Of a DNA stretch of 64,000 bases, positions 49,265 through 57,339 are shown piece by piece. Source of the DNA: a virus. The translations under genes were made by a program, and so were the position numbers. The number at the start of each line of letters is the position of its first letter. Position 1 is the stretch's first letter. A model generated the notes under the pieces. That model saw only the letters and a program-made list of their open reading frames with translations, searched no databases and was not told where the DNA came from. The stretch lies in the IMG/VR virus record IMGVR_UViG_3300035158_000183, positions 96,001 to 160,000 of that record; one strand, given 5' to 3'.

Positions 49265-52200
49265 GGCAAACTTCTCATGTCTATGCCCGGCTCCACGTGA
49301 AGCCCTCAGACCGATGCCCACAGCAGCCTGGCTGTCGTTATAGAATCTCTTATTGCGCTTCAGTATGTAGTCATCGTAGCGCTGGCGCTTCTGAGCCCGC
49401 CAATTCACTAAATATTCTGAAGCCTTACGCTTGCGTCTTGCCTGATATTCATTCCAGGCCTTATAAGCTTTCTTCGTTAGCTCCCGACGGCTTATTTGGT
49501 GGCTCTCTAGATTTTGATCCCATAGTGGGCTTTCCGTGCTAGGATTATAACCAGAGCCAAACTCAGAAAAGCTTTTGACCATTTGGCCGCCTATCGAGTG
49601 CTCTGAACTGGGATTTATTCCATGTAGTTTAACGGTATCCTTCTTGCGGCCAATTAACATATTCACAGCTTCTTCTACATCAGGCTTCAGGTCCTCTATC
49701 CAATTTACTGGGGCTTCAGCTACAATGCCAGGCCGTGGGACACCCTCTACAAGACGTATTTTTAGCAGCTGCTCCTCTTCAAAGCGCCACTGTTCCATCA
49801 TCTTGAAGAAGTCTTCATGCTCCCCACCACCAGCTAGTAATTTAGCTCTGTCTTCAGCTTTCTTCATTTCACGCTCTGCCTGACGTAGCTTAAACGCGTT
49901 ATCCTGCCGCACCCTGACCATATTAGCAAAATGCTGCTCGCCCTTGAATCCCGCTAATTCGCCCCCTAGTGGCGCTGATAGAGGTTGTAAAACCGGCCTT
50001 TGAGCAGCATGCGCTGCTCGGCGTTCTCGGACAACGCGAACAAACTCCTCCTCGCTGGAGAATTTACCTATCAGTGGCCTAGAGGGTCTCCTGAATATCT
50101 TGCCCAAGAATCTAGGCATCCAGCCAGAACCAAACTCAGAATGGGCTCTAATAGATTGAGCGCCGAGATCTTCTGAGCCGGGGTGGATGCCATCTATAGG
50201 CTGCAAGGCTTTATTCGGCCCACCACCTATAGTGTCAAGTACAACATGTACATCTTGTTTGAGCCCAGCAGATTTGGCTCTGGCCAGATGCTCCTCCATC
50301 TTTCCCCAGTGGTATGCCATGGACGCTTCCATTGTAGCCACAGGCGACTGGACGCCAGCTGCTCTAGAAGCCATTCCGAAATCAATCCAAGATACATGTC
50401 CGCTTTCGGGACTGTAAAGGATGTTGGCCATATTGGGGTCGATATTCATCCACCCCTTGCCGACCACACCCGACATCTGCTTTCTCATCTCGGATTCGAT
50501 ATGCTTCTTAGGAACGGATATTCCCATCTTCCTCAGTTCGTAGATAGGAGTACCGGGCATGTACTCCATAAATAAGCGATCATCTTTCAGGCCATACGCC
50601 GTTGGGGTGATCTCTCCAGAAATTTCTCGCAGAACATCGTATTCCTTCCTGATGGAACCTACAGACCTCTGCTTCAGAAACTTCAGTGCTTTAGGAAATT
50701 CTCTACTTTCCTTCAGGACATACTTGAAGGCGTGACCTTCAACCTCAGACTCAAACAGATGGGCCATTCCAGATTGCCCATGGCCAAGTTTTTTGACCTC
50801 CGTTCCCTTCTGAAGGGCAGAAGCAAATCTTCTACTACTGAGGAGTTTCTTATAGGCCTCTTCTGCCGGAAGGTCCTTGAATATTTTTCTGGCTATCTGT
50901 CTTAAAGGATCCCAGCCGCTACCGAACTCAGAGTGAGACCGCACAGACTGAGCCCCCATGCCTTCTGAGCCAGGATGAAGACCATTTATAGGCTTATAGG
51001 CTCTGTTGCGCCTTGGGAAGCGTCGAGCATAAACCTCATTGTAGTATGCTAGCTCTTCTTGATAGGTTCGCCAGAGGCCTGGTAGATCTTTAACTTCCTC
51101 TTCAAGTTGAGCCCGCTCCCGGGCAGACTCTCTTTCCATAGTCTCTATAGAAGCACCATACTGTATATCTTCTTCGGCCAGACGACCAGCTTCTAGATCA
51201 GCCATCACCTTGGCCTTCACGCGCTCAAGCTTCTCTACATCAGCTTGGAACTTAGCCTCATCGAATGGGACTTCTATCATCGCCCTCTCGGAAGGGTCTT
51301 CACGGCTGATGTATTCTAGATAGCCCTTCTCTTGGCCGAGAGCATGCATGTAAAACCGCAACTGAGCCTCATGCTTCTTAAAGGCTCCACGCTCTCTGAT
51401 ATGCTGTAGCCGTCTAGCACTGACTGTCTTGATGTCGCCTGGTATGCCGCCTGGATAGAGAACATCAATAAACCCTGCCATGCCCAACTCTGGGTCATGC
51501 ACAAATCTTTCGACATCCTCTACCTCACCACGCGCATACTGAGCTGCCTCAAAGAATCTGTGGCCCGCCACACCAGCCATGGAGGCTGCTGTCAGCATCT
51601 CAGTTTCTCGCTGCTCCTCGGTAAGATACTTGTAGATTTCCCTCTCGCTTGCCCCTAGCTTACTTGGAGCGAAACGTGTGTACTTAGGTACCTCTTTACG
51701 CTGGTGCCACTCAGGTTGTAGCCATGGGTTGGGCCCCCTATAGCCAGAACCGAAGTCTGAGTGTGCTCGCATGGCCTGGGCGCCCGTACCTTCAGACCCG
51801 GGGTGCATACCCTGAATCCTATTAAATGTGAAACGTCCAGGGTGTCGGATATCTTGCCACTCGTCCATCGCCTGCTGGAGGGTTTCTTTAGAGATTTCCT
51901 CGGTAGCAATCTTATGGTAGTCAGCTACCTGGTATAGGCCGACAGCAGTACGCCGGAGGTGCGGTGGGACCCAGCGTGTATACTTTTCAACTACAGACTC
52001 CAGTTCCGGATTCTGTGGAAGTGTGTATGTTCCTATATTGTATACCTGTAGGGCGCCTCGGTGAGCAAACATCTCGTTGGCTACCCATTCCACATAAGGG
52101 TTATCCGGGTCTTCTCGGACAGTCTGTTGGGCTATTCGGATATTGCGGTTGTAGACTGGTGCCTTGGCGGCCAGGTGAGCTATATCTTCCTTAGAGGTCA

Positions 52201-54166
52201 TCCTGCCGCTCAGCAGCTGCCTCTGGGCTTCTCGGATGAAAGTAGCCTTATCTTCTGGGTCGATATCCAAATCCCAGAGAGCATGAAGACCTTCATGCAG
52301 TGTCGTCTCTCGAACCTTGATTGGAGAGATGTACTTCATCAATTCTCTGGTCCCATAAACTCCTGCCTTGCTGGTTATATGGGAACCTATAATAACTTCA
52401 CTGGGATCGAGGATACCGCCGATGTTTAGCTCGTCCTTGGCAGGATAATAGGAACCAAAGGCACCTATAGATTCTCTCTCTGTAAAGGCGGCATTAACCT
52501 TAGCAAGATTCTTATAGTCTCGCCAGAAAATTTCACGTGATAGCACCTTGAAGGCATCAGGCCCACTAAGCATCAGCATAGACTTGTCCATCTCTTGAGC
52601 CCGCACTGCCTTGCGTACCAACTTGCGGTACTCTTTAGCAGTTAGCAGCCTATCCTCCAGCATCTCCTTCTCAATAGTTGGCTGTGTAATACCTCTGTAG
52701 CCAGACCCGAAGTCCGTGAGTTGCCTACGGGTACGCTGTGCCATACCTCCGTCCCGCATACCCTCTATGAGCTTATAGTCCTCATCCCTGGAGGAGATGG
52801 CCAGCCCTACTAGCCCTAGGCCAGCCACAACACCGGCACCCTTGAGCGCTCCACCCCAGGTAGGTTTGAATCTCCTGATATCTACAAACGATCTATTAGA
52901 TTTAATCTCGGGATAGAACTTACCCAGATGCTCATGAAATGGTCTGGCGTACTCTGCCTCGCTAGCCAGCATCTTAGAGGCATAATCCTGAAACCGCATA
53001 CCCTCGTCAATTAGCTGCAACTTCTGACCCGTACCACGATGTACGGCTGCCTGGAAGACATCGAAGTTCTGCAGGAAAGTCTGTCTGGCGGCTTTGTGGT
53101 CTTTAAGTTTATCCCAGATAAACTCTGTCATTTGCACATCAAAACCAGCACCATGGGCACCTATCGCTGCTCCCTTGAAGCCTAGTGTCTCGGCCACAGC
53201 AGCCAGCTGCCAGCCTCTAGGTTTCAGCCTGAGGTCTTCGAACATACCAGCTTGCCAGCCCACTACCTTCCTGCCTATGGTATTGGACAGAAAAGCTTGG
53301 GTATGCTCAGCGACATCCAGAAGGTGAGTCTGCTTGAGGGCTCTATGTAGCTCATCCTGCAGCCCATGTCGAGAGGCCTGCTCCATGAGTATTGGGATAT
53401 CAAACTGCTTTATGTTGTACCCCATTACAGTGCGACCCGGGGTGAGCTGTTTGATAAACTTCTTGACTACTTGCTTCTCGGTAAGAGTGGTCTGTCCGGA
53501 GACTGCCAGGGCCTGCCGATACTTCGGGATGATGGTTTCCTCAATATAAGGATCATATCTCTTGGTAGGGTCCAGGTGCCCAAAGAACTCGGAGACCTGG
53601 CCACGCTGATGCATGCCAACAGTAAGAATACGAGAATCTCTACCCAGGAGACCTGTGGTTTCGAGGTCGAATATAAGTGGGTCCACCACACCAGGTCGCT
53701 GGAGGGCCTTCATCACTGAGACATCTGCCAGCCCTTCAAATAGTGGAGCACGGCCAGTGGCCTGACCGAAGCTGACAACGCCTCCGAAGAGACTACGGTT
53801 AACACTCTTGGCCTGGAGGCCTCTCCCACTGCCCCTGGTGTACTCTACAGGGTTAATGGGGACTCCCCACTGGTCAGGACCATAGTAGCTAGGTAGGTGG
53901 CCCAGCTCTAGTCTGCGCTTATGGTAGAACTGCCACCAGCGCTGCCCACTAGTCTCCTTGACAGTCTCTTCCAGATAGTTCCGGACGAAGAATAGCTCTT
54001 CCTGGGTCCTGGCGGCCCGGATGAGCTGCTCAGGAGAATACAGATGCATTAGGCTCTTATCTATCTCGCGGAACCAGCGATTCCTGTACTGCTCCCAGAT
54101 AGGTCGGCCAGGGGCCTCTAGAATATCATCTAGTAATTCCGATATGTTAGGATCTTGTGTGGGCAC
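49250..54166 (-). CDS. Multi-enzyme polyprotein: DnaQ exonuclease, zincin metallopeptidase, PD-(D/E)XK nuclease, protein kinase and two unknown modules, separated by repeated linkers
   Basis: DLETTG/YNIKQFD/HGAGFD; HEGLH...NEMFA; GFIDV..GDIKT..QLRFY; GHGQSG..VLKE..E..DPNMAN..DFG; five FGSG[YW] linkers. Confidence 0.85.
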   Translation of the reverse strand: MPTQDPNISELLDDILEAPGRPIWEQYRNRWFREIDKSLMHLYSPEQLIRAARTQEELFFVRNYLEETVKETSGQRWWQFYHKRRLELGHLPSYYGPDQWGVPINPVEYTRGSGRGLQAKSVNRSLFGGVVSFGQATGRAPLFEGLADVSVMKALQRPGVVDPLIFDLETTGLLGRDSRILTVGMHQRGQVSEFFGHLDPTKRYDPYIEETIIPKYRQALAVSGQTTLTEKQVVKKFIKQLTPGRTVMGYNIKQFDIPILMEQASRHGLQDELHRALKQTHLLDVAEHTQAFLSNTIGRKVVGWQAGMFEDLRLKPRGWQLAAVAETLGFKGAAIGAHGAGFDVQMTEFIWDKLKDHKAARQTFLQNFDVFQAAVHRGTGQKLQLIDEGMRFQDYASKMLASEAEYARPFHEHLGKFYPEIKSNRSFVDIRRFKPTWGGALKGAGVVAGLGLVGLAISSRDEDYKLIEGMRDGGMAQRTRRQLTDFGSGYRGITQPTIEKEMLEDRLLTAKEYRKLVRKAVRAQEMDKSMLMLSGPDAFKVLSREIFWRDYKNLAKVNAAFTERESIGAFGSYYPAKDELNIGGILDPSEVIIGSHITSKAGVYGTRELMKYISPIKVRETTLHEGLHALWDLDIDPEDKATFIREAQRQLLSGRMTSKEDIAHLAAKAPVYNRNIRIAQQTVREDPDNPYVEWVANEMFAHRGALQVYNIGTYTLPQNPELESVVEKYTRWVPPHLRRTAVGLYQVADYHKIATEEISKETLQQAMDEWQDIRHPGRFTFNRIQGMHPGSEGTGAQAMRAHSDFGSGYRGPNPWLQPEWHQRKEVPKYTRFAPSKLGASEREIYKYLTEEQRETEMLTAASMAGVAGHRFFEAAQYARGEVEDVERFVHDPELGMAGFIDVLYPGGIPGDIKTVSARRLQHIRERGAFKKHEAQLRFYMHALGQEKGYLEYISREDPSERAMIEVPFDEAKFQADVEKLERVKAKVMADLEAGRLAEEDIQYGASIETMERESARERAQLEEEVKDLPGLWRTYQEELAYYNEVYARRFPRRNRAYKPINGLHPGSEGMGAQSVRSHSEFGSGWDPLRQIARKIFKDLPAEEAYKKLLSSRRFASALQKGTEVKKLGHGQSGMAHLFESEVEGHAFKYVLKESREFPKALKFLKQRSVGSIRKEYDVLREISGEITPTAYGLKDDRLFMEYMPGTPIYELRKMGISVPKKHIESEMRKQMSGVVGKGWMNIDPNMANILYSPESGHVSWIDFGMASRAAGVQSPVATMEASMAYHWGKMEEHLARAKSAGLKQDVHVVLDTIGGGPNKALQPIDGIHPGSEDLGAQSIRAHSEFGSGWMPRFLGKIFRRPSRPLIGKFSSEEEFVRVVRERRAAHAAQRPVLQPLSAPLGGELAGFKGEQHFANMVRVRQDNAFKLRQAEREMKKAEDRAKLLAGGGEHEDFFKMMEQWRFEEEQLLKIRLVEGVPRPGIVAEAPVNWIEDLKPDVEEAVNMLIGRKKDTVKLHGINPSSEHSIGGQMVKSFSEFGSGYNPSTESPLWDQNLESHQISRRELTKKAYKAWNEYQARRKRKASEYLVNWRAQKRQRYDDYILKRNKRFYNDSQAAVGIGLRASRGAGHRHEKFASTGV
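49547..49627 (-). repeat. Polyprotein linker repeat 5
   Basis: LHGINPSSEHSIGGQMVKSFSEFGSGY. Confidence 0.85.
50120..50197 (-). repeat. Polyprotein linker repeat 4
   Basis: IDGIHPGSEDLGAQSIRAHSEFGSGW. Confidence 0.92.
50912..50989 (-). repeat. Polyprotein linker repeat 3
   Basis: INGLHPGSEGMGAQSVRSHSEFGSGW. Confidence 0.92.
51740..51817 (-). repeat. Polyprotein linker repeat 2
   Basis: IQGMHPGSEGTGAQAMRAHSDFGSGY. Confidence 0.92.
52697..52768 (-). repeat. Polyprotein linker repeat 1 (more divergent)
   Basis: IEGMRDGGMAQRTRRQLTDFGSGY. Confidence 0.85.
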
Positions 54167-54176
54167 ACAGAGTCAC

Positions 54177-54971
54177 CTACTTGGCTTCCCAGTCGGCCTC
54201 TTCGATTGACTCGTCAGCTAGCTTTTCAGCGTCAGCCTTGATGTCTTCTATGGAAACGCCCTTCCTCTTGGCCATAGCACCTATAGCTTCCTTCAAGTAA
54301 GCGAAGTGCTGGCCAACATCGCCATCCTCACGGCGCTTAAGAGCAGCAGCTCTCTTGTATTTCTCTTTCCTGGTAGCCGCCAAGCTCTCTAGAATCTGCG
54401 CCCTAACCTTCTGGACCTTGTCCTTCACCTCTAGTATGGGGTGTGGGTTCAGGGTCTCGGAGGTAGCCTTGTCACCCTCAGTGACGTCCAGGCGGAGCAG
54501 ATTCCATGCCTCCTCATCCGTCGAGAGACCATTATTAGCTCTATAGTCAATTATATCGCATTCTACTAGCTTATTAACAAGAACCATCTCAGTCCGGCTC
54601 TCGACATCCACCTGCAGGTCCTCCACATAGCTCTGAAGCCAGGTGGAGATAAGATTTGCCTCCACAGGACAGGGGTCTGATATTGGATAATCTTGCCCAT
54701 CATGGAACGGGCATGACTTGTTGGGGCATTTCTTCCCACCACAGAGCATGGGTATAGCGGCCGAGGTACCGACCTTCATCCTCACGATATGATTACGGAA
54801 TTTGAGGGCCTGCTCCGGAGTCATGGTCTTCTCCAGCTTGGCCAGCTGTTGCCTGGGCAGCTCGAGAAAGTTAAAGAAGTCTGTCTTGGACACATTGCCC
54901 AGAGCATCTACCTGAGTGCCATCCAACTTCAGGAGAGCTGCCTTGGGAGTACCTGATCCACTGCCACCCAT
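54177..54971 (-). CDS. Cys-rich protein, possible terminase small subunit
   Basis: 264 aa; CGGKKCPNKSCP...CPVE then helical LNPHPILE...LESLAATR, reminiscent of TerS oligomerisation helices; upstream of terL. Confidence 0.4.
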   Translation of the reverse strand: MGGSGSGTPKAALLKLDGTQVDALGNVSKTDFFNFLELPRQQLAKLEKTMTPEQALKFRNHIVRMKVGTSAAIPMLCGGKKCPNKSCPFHDGQDYPISDPCPVEANLISTWLQSYVEDLQVDVESRTEMVLVNKLVECDIIDYRANNGLSTDEEAWNLLRLDVTEGDKATSETLNPHPILEVKDKVQKVRAQILESLAATRKEKYKRAAALKRREDGDVGQHFAYLKEAIGAMAKRKGVSIEDIKADAEKLADESIEEADWEAK

Positions 54972-55522
54972 TACTTAGCCACCCAATTTCCTTCTAGCTC
55001 GGTCTGATACTGGTCATCAGTATAGTAGGTCTTCGCCTCGTGAACTTTATCCAAACCATCTTCAAGATACAGGCTGCCTGCCTGGAACTTAACAGCAGGA
55101 TAGATATCCCACAGTTTCTTGGCCAGCGGAGGCTCTTCATGGTCATATATCTTGGGCGAGGAGAAGAGTATTTTCTGGGTATCACCCATAGCACTGAATA
55201 TCAGCCCAAGAGCATCTTCTCTAACAGATGCGAACTCCTCGACAAGAATACAATCGAACTCACGTGCTCTTATCGCCTCAGCAGTAGATGCGAAGAATAC
55301 ATTGTCGGTAGGGTCCATGCGTCCCTTGACCTCTTCCCAGATGGCTTTCACCGGTGCGAGTATCAGTAGGTGCTGGCCAGCAGCTGCTTTCTCGTTCGCA
55401 ATCTCGACCAGCAGATCAGTCTTGCCAATTCTCCTCGGCAGGACCGCCATGACATGCATATCTGTGTCTATTGCAGTCTTGAGGATATTATGACAGAGAG
55501 CAGTTAGATCATTATTAGCCAT
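54971..55522 (-). CDS. Stand-alone terminase-like ATPase domain (no nuclease)
   Basis: 183 aa; PRRIGKTDL, LILAP, IRAREFDCILVEEF, FSSP, YQTELEGNW parallel the TerL N-terminal motifs. Confidence 0.7.
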   Translation of the reverse strand: MANNDLTALCHNILKTAIDTDMHVMAVLPRRIGKTDLLVEIANEKAAAGQHLLILAPVKAIWEEVKGRMDPTDNVFFASTAEAIRAREFDCILVEEFASVREDALGLIFSAMGDTQKILFSSPKIYDHEEPPLAKKLWDIYPAVKFQAGSLYLEDGLDKVHEAKTYYTDDQYQTELEGNWVAK

Positions 55523-55904
55523 CTTTGAACTCCTCTATCTCCATTTGCTTCGGCTTGCGGGGAAGGGTAGGCTGGTAGTCAAAGGGCCTGGCCTGATCCG
55601 GATCTACCGGCCCGATGCCAACCACGAAGGCCTCTGCATCGAAATATCTGGCAAAGACATACTCTGGCATAGCGTACAGGTGGCCGCCACCAGCGACGGT
55701 CACCCAACCGTTATATTTGTCCTGAGCGACAACATCATAGACGGTATTCTTCTTAAATACTGCACAGAAGTCTTCTTTACAGACCGTAACGGCTCCGGAG
55801 GGCACCCTGAACTCACAGTTGGGCGTATTGGGATGCACGACCCACCAGCCCTCACTAGGCTTGATGGGGAATTCTTTAGGATCTATTCTGATATGTCTCA
55901 TCAT
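55515..55904 (-). CDS. Hypothetical protein
   Basis: 129 aa, overlaps GroES stop. Confidence 0.65.
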   Translation of the reverse strand: MMRHIRIDPKEFPIKPSEGWWVVHPNTPNCEFRVPSGAVTVCKEDFCAVFKKNTVYDVVAQDKYNGWVTVAGGGHLYAMPEYVFARYFDAEAFVVGIGPVDPDQARPFDYQPTLPRKPKQMEIEEFKDG

Positions 55905-56197
55905 TCCACCGCCAACATACCATCATACTTCAGGAAGAGGAACTTCTCGCCCCTTATACTGAAGTTGATACCAACCTTGCCGTAGTAGACCACAGTATCG
56001 CCAACCTTGTAGGGCAGCTCCCTGGGCTGGTCCTCATCCTTGTTCATAATGTAGGATATATCCTCTGAAATCTGCGTAACCTTAGCCTTCTTGATGTCCT
56101 CACTACCCGGTTTTTTGGCAATTAAAATACCGCCTTCCGATACTTCATCCTCTGCAGTGATGGGTGAGGCAATGATCCATTCGTTTACAGGTTTCAT
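55901..56197 (-). CDS. groES: Co-chaperonin GroES
   Basis: MKPVNEWII...SEGGILI mobile loop...KVGDTVVY...FLFLKYDGMLAV. Confidence 0.85.
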   Translation of the reverse strand: MKPVNEWIIASPITAEDEVSEGGILIAKKPGSEDIKKAKVTQISEDISYIMNKDEDQPRELPYKVGDTVVYYGKVGINFSIRGEKFLFLKYDGMLAVE

Positions 56198-56200
56198 TTC

Positions 56201-56500
56201 TTACTCCTTGGTTTCGTAGGTCCTGGCCCAGTTATGGTATAGCCAGCATATTACAGCTGCAGCATCGGCTGCCTGGTTCTGGAGGAAGAACTCCTTGGCC
56301 GCTACAGCATATTTACAGTCCACTCCATCTGTGGAGTTATGACAGAACCAATCGAACCTCTCAATCATTGAGCTATCCTCATAGCCGGTCTTCTCCAGGA
56401 ACTCAGCCAATCTACTGAGTATCTTGGGATCCATTAATTGCCTGAGGTTTTTGCGGAACGCGGACAAATTCAGCATAACCTGATCCTTCTGTGGAAGCAT
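56201..56500 (-). CDS. Hypothetical protein
   Basis: 99 aa, SD GGAG. Confidence 0.65.
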   Translation of the reverse strand: MLPQKDQVMLNLSAFRKNLRQLMDPKILSRLAEFLEKTGYEDSSMIERFDWFCHNSTDGVDCKYAVAAKEFFLQNQAADAAAVICWLYHNWARTYETKE

Positions 56501-56555
56501 ACTTCCTCCGGTAATACTCTTTGTATCAGAAATTTGCGTACCTGTAAAGGTCTTT

Positions 56556-57338
56556 CTATGGGTCTACAGAATGATTTATGGCGGTAGGTCTGCGGACCTT
56601 GATCCTGCGGCTGTGGAGGAGGATCTCGTGTATCTTATTTACCTTGTCGCTGGTGTTATCAACCTTGGACTTCTGGGACTTGAGGGCACCCTTGATCTCT
56701 GTGATATCCTTGTTGTAGACCTTCTGCTGGACATACTTATCCTCGACATCCTTCTTGGCCTCTTCAGTGGCGAAATGATCCTTCTCAACGACATACTCCC
56801 TGAGGTCGGAGTGGGCCTTGCTGGCCCAGACTGCGGCACCCACACAGAGTGCCACAATGGTGATCACTGCCCCTATGGGGATAGCCTTGGTGGCCCTGCC
56901 ATTTATAGGAGCCGAGGGCGGGTATGACTTCTGTTGTACTGCATACCTGATGGACCTCTCCAGATCATAGCTGGTCAGCCTGGGCTTATGGAGATAATCA
57001 GCCGCCCCAGCCCTGAGGAGCTGTGTATCAATTGGCTGATGTTCATTGCCTGTCATCACGATTAGGGGCACCTTCCATCCATTTCTGGAGGCTTCTTCCA
57101 TGAGGTTATCCCCGTTTTGTCGGGAGAGTCGGTTATCTACGAGGCAGGCATCATACTGTTTTGTGGCAAGGGCGATCTTGGCAGCGGAGTAGGTACTGAC
57201 CCAGTCCGCCTTGAAGAATCGGCCATACACCTCCGTGAGCATGTCACGGGTCTTGTGGAAATCAGGTTCGGAATCTTCTAGTATAAGGACCCTGGTGATC
57301 TCAGAATCTGCCAGGGGGAAATCAGTATCTTCAGGCAT
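56556..57338 (-). CDS. Receiver (REC) domain fused to a TM helix and coiled coil
   Basis: VLILED, CLVD (phospho-Asp), IVMTG, ADYLHKP; then IPIGAVITIVALCVGAAVWA and ITEIKGALKSQKSKVD..SDKVNKIHEIL. Confidence 0.8.
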   Translation of the reverse strand: MPEDTDFPLADSEITRVLILEDSEPDFHKTRDMLTEVYGRFFKADWVSTYSAAKIALATKQYDACLVDNRLSRQNGDNLMEEASRNGWKVPLIVMTGNEHQPIDTQLLRAGAADYLHKPRLTSYDLERSIRYAVQQKSYPPSAPINGRATKAIPIGAVITIVALCVGAAVWASKAHSDLREYVVEKDHFATEEAKKDVEDKYVQQKVYNKDITEIKGALKSQKSKVDNTSDKVNKIHEILLHSRRIKVRRPTAINHSVDP

Positions 57339-57339
57339 A

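Noticed and set aside
49547-52768. CRISPR array or DGR interpretation of the repeats near a Cas4-like domain
   Set aside because: Repeats are in-frame, conserved at protein level with synonymous divergence, and hundreds of bp apart; no cas1 or reverse transcriptase in the window
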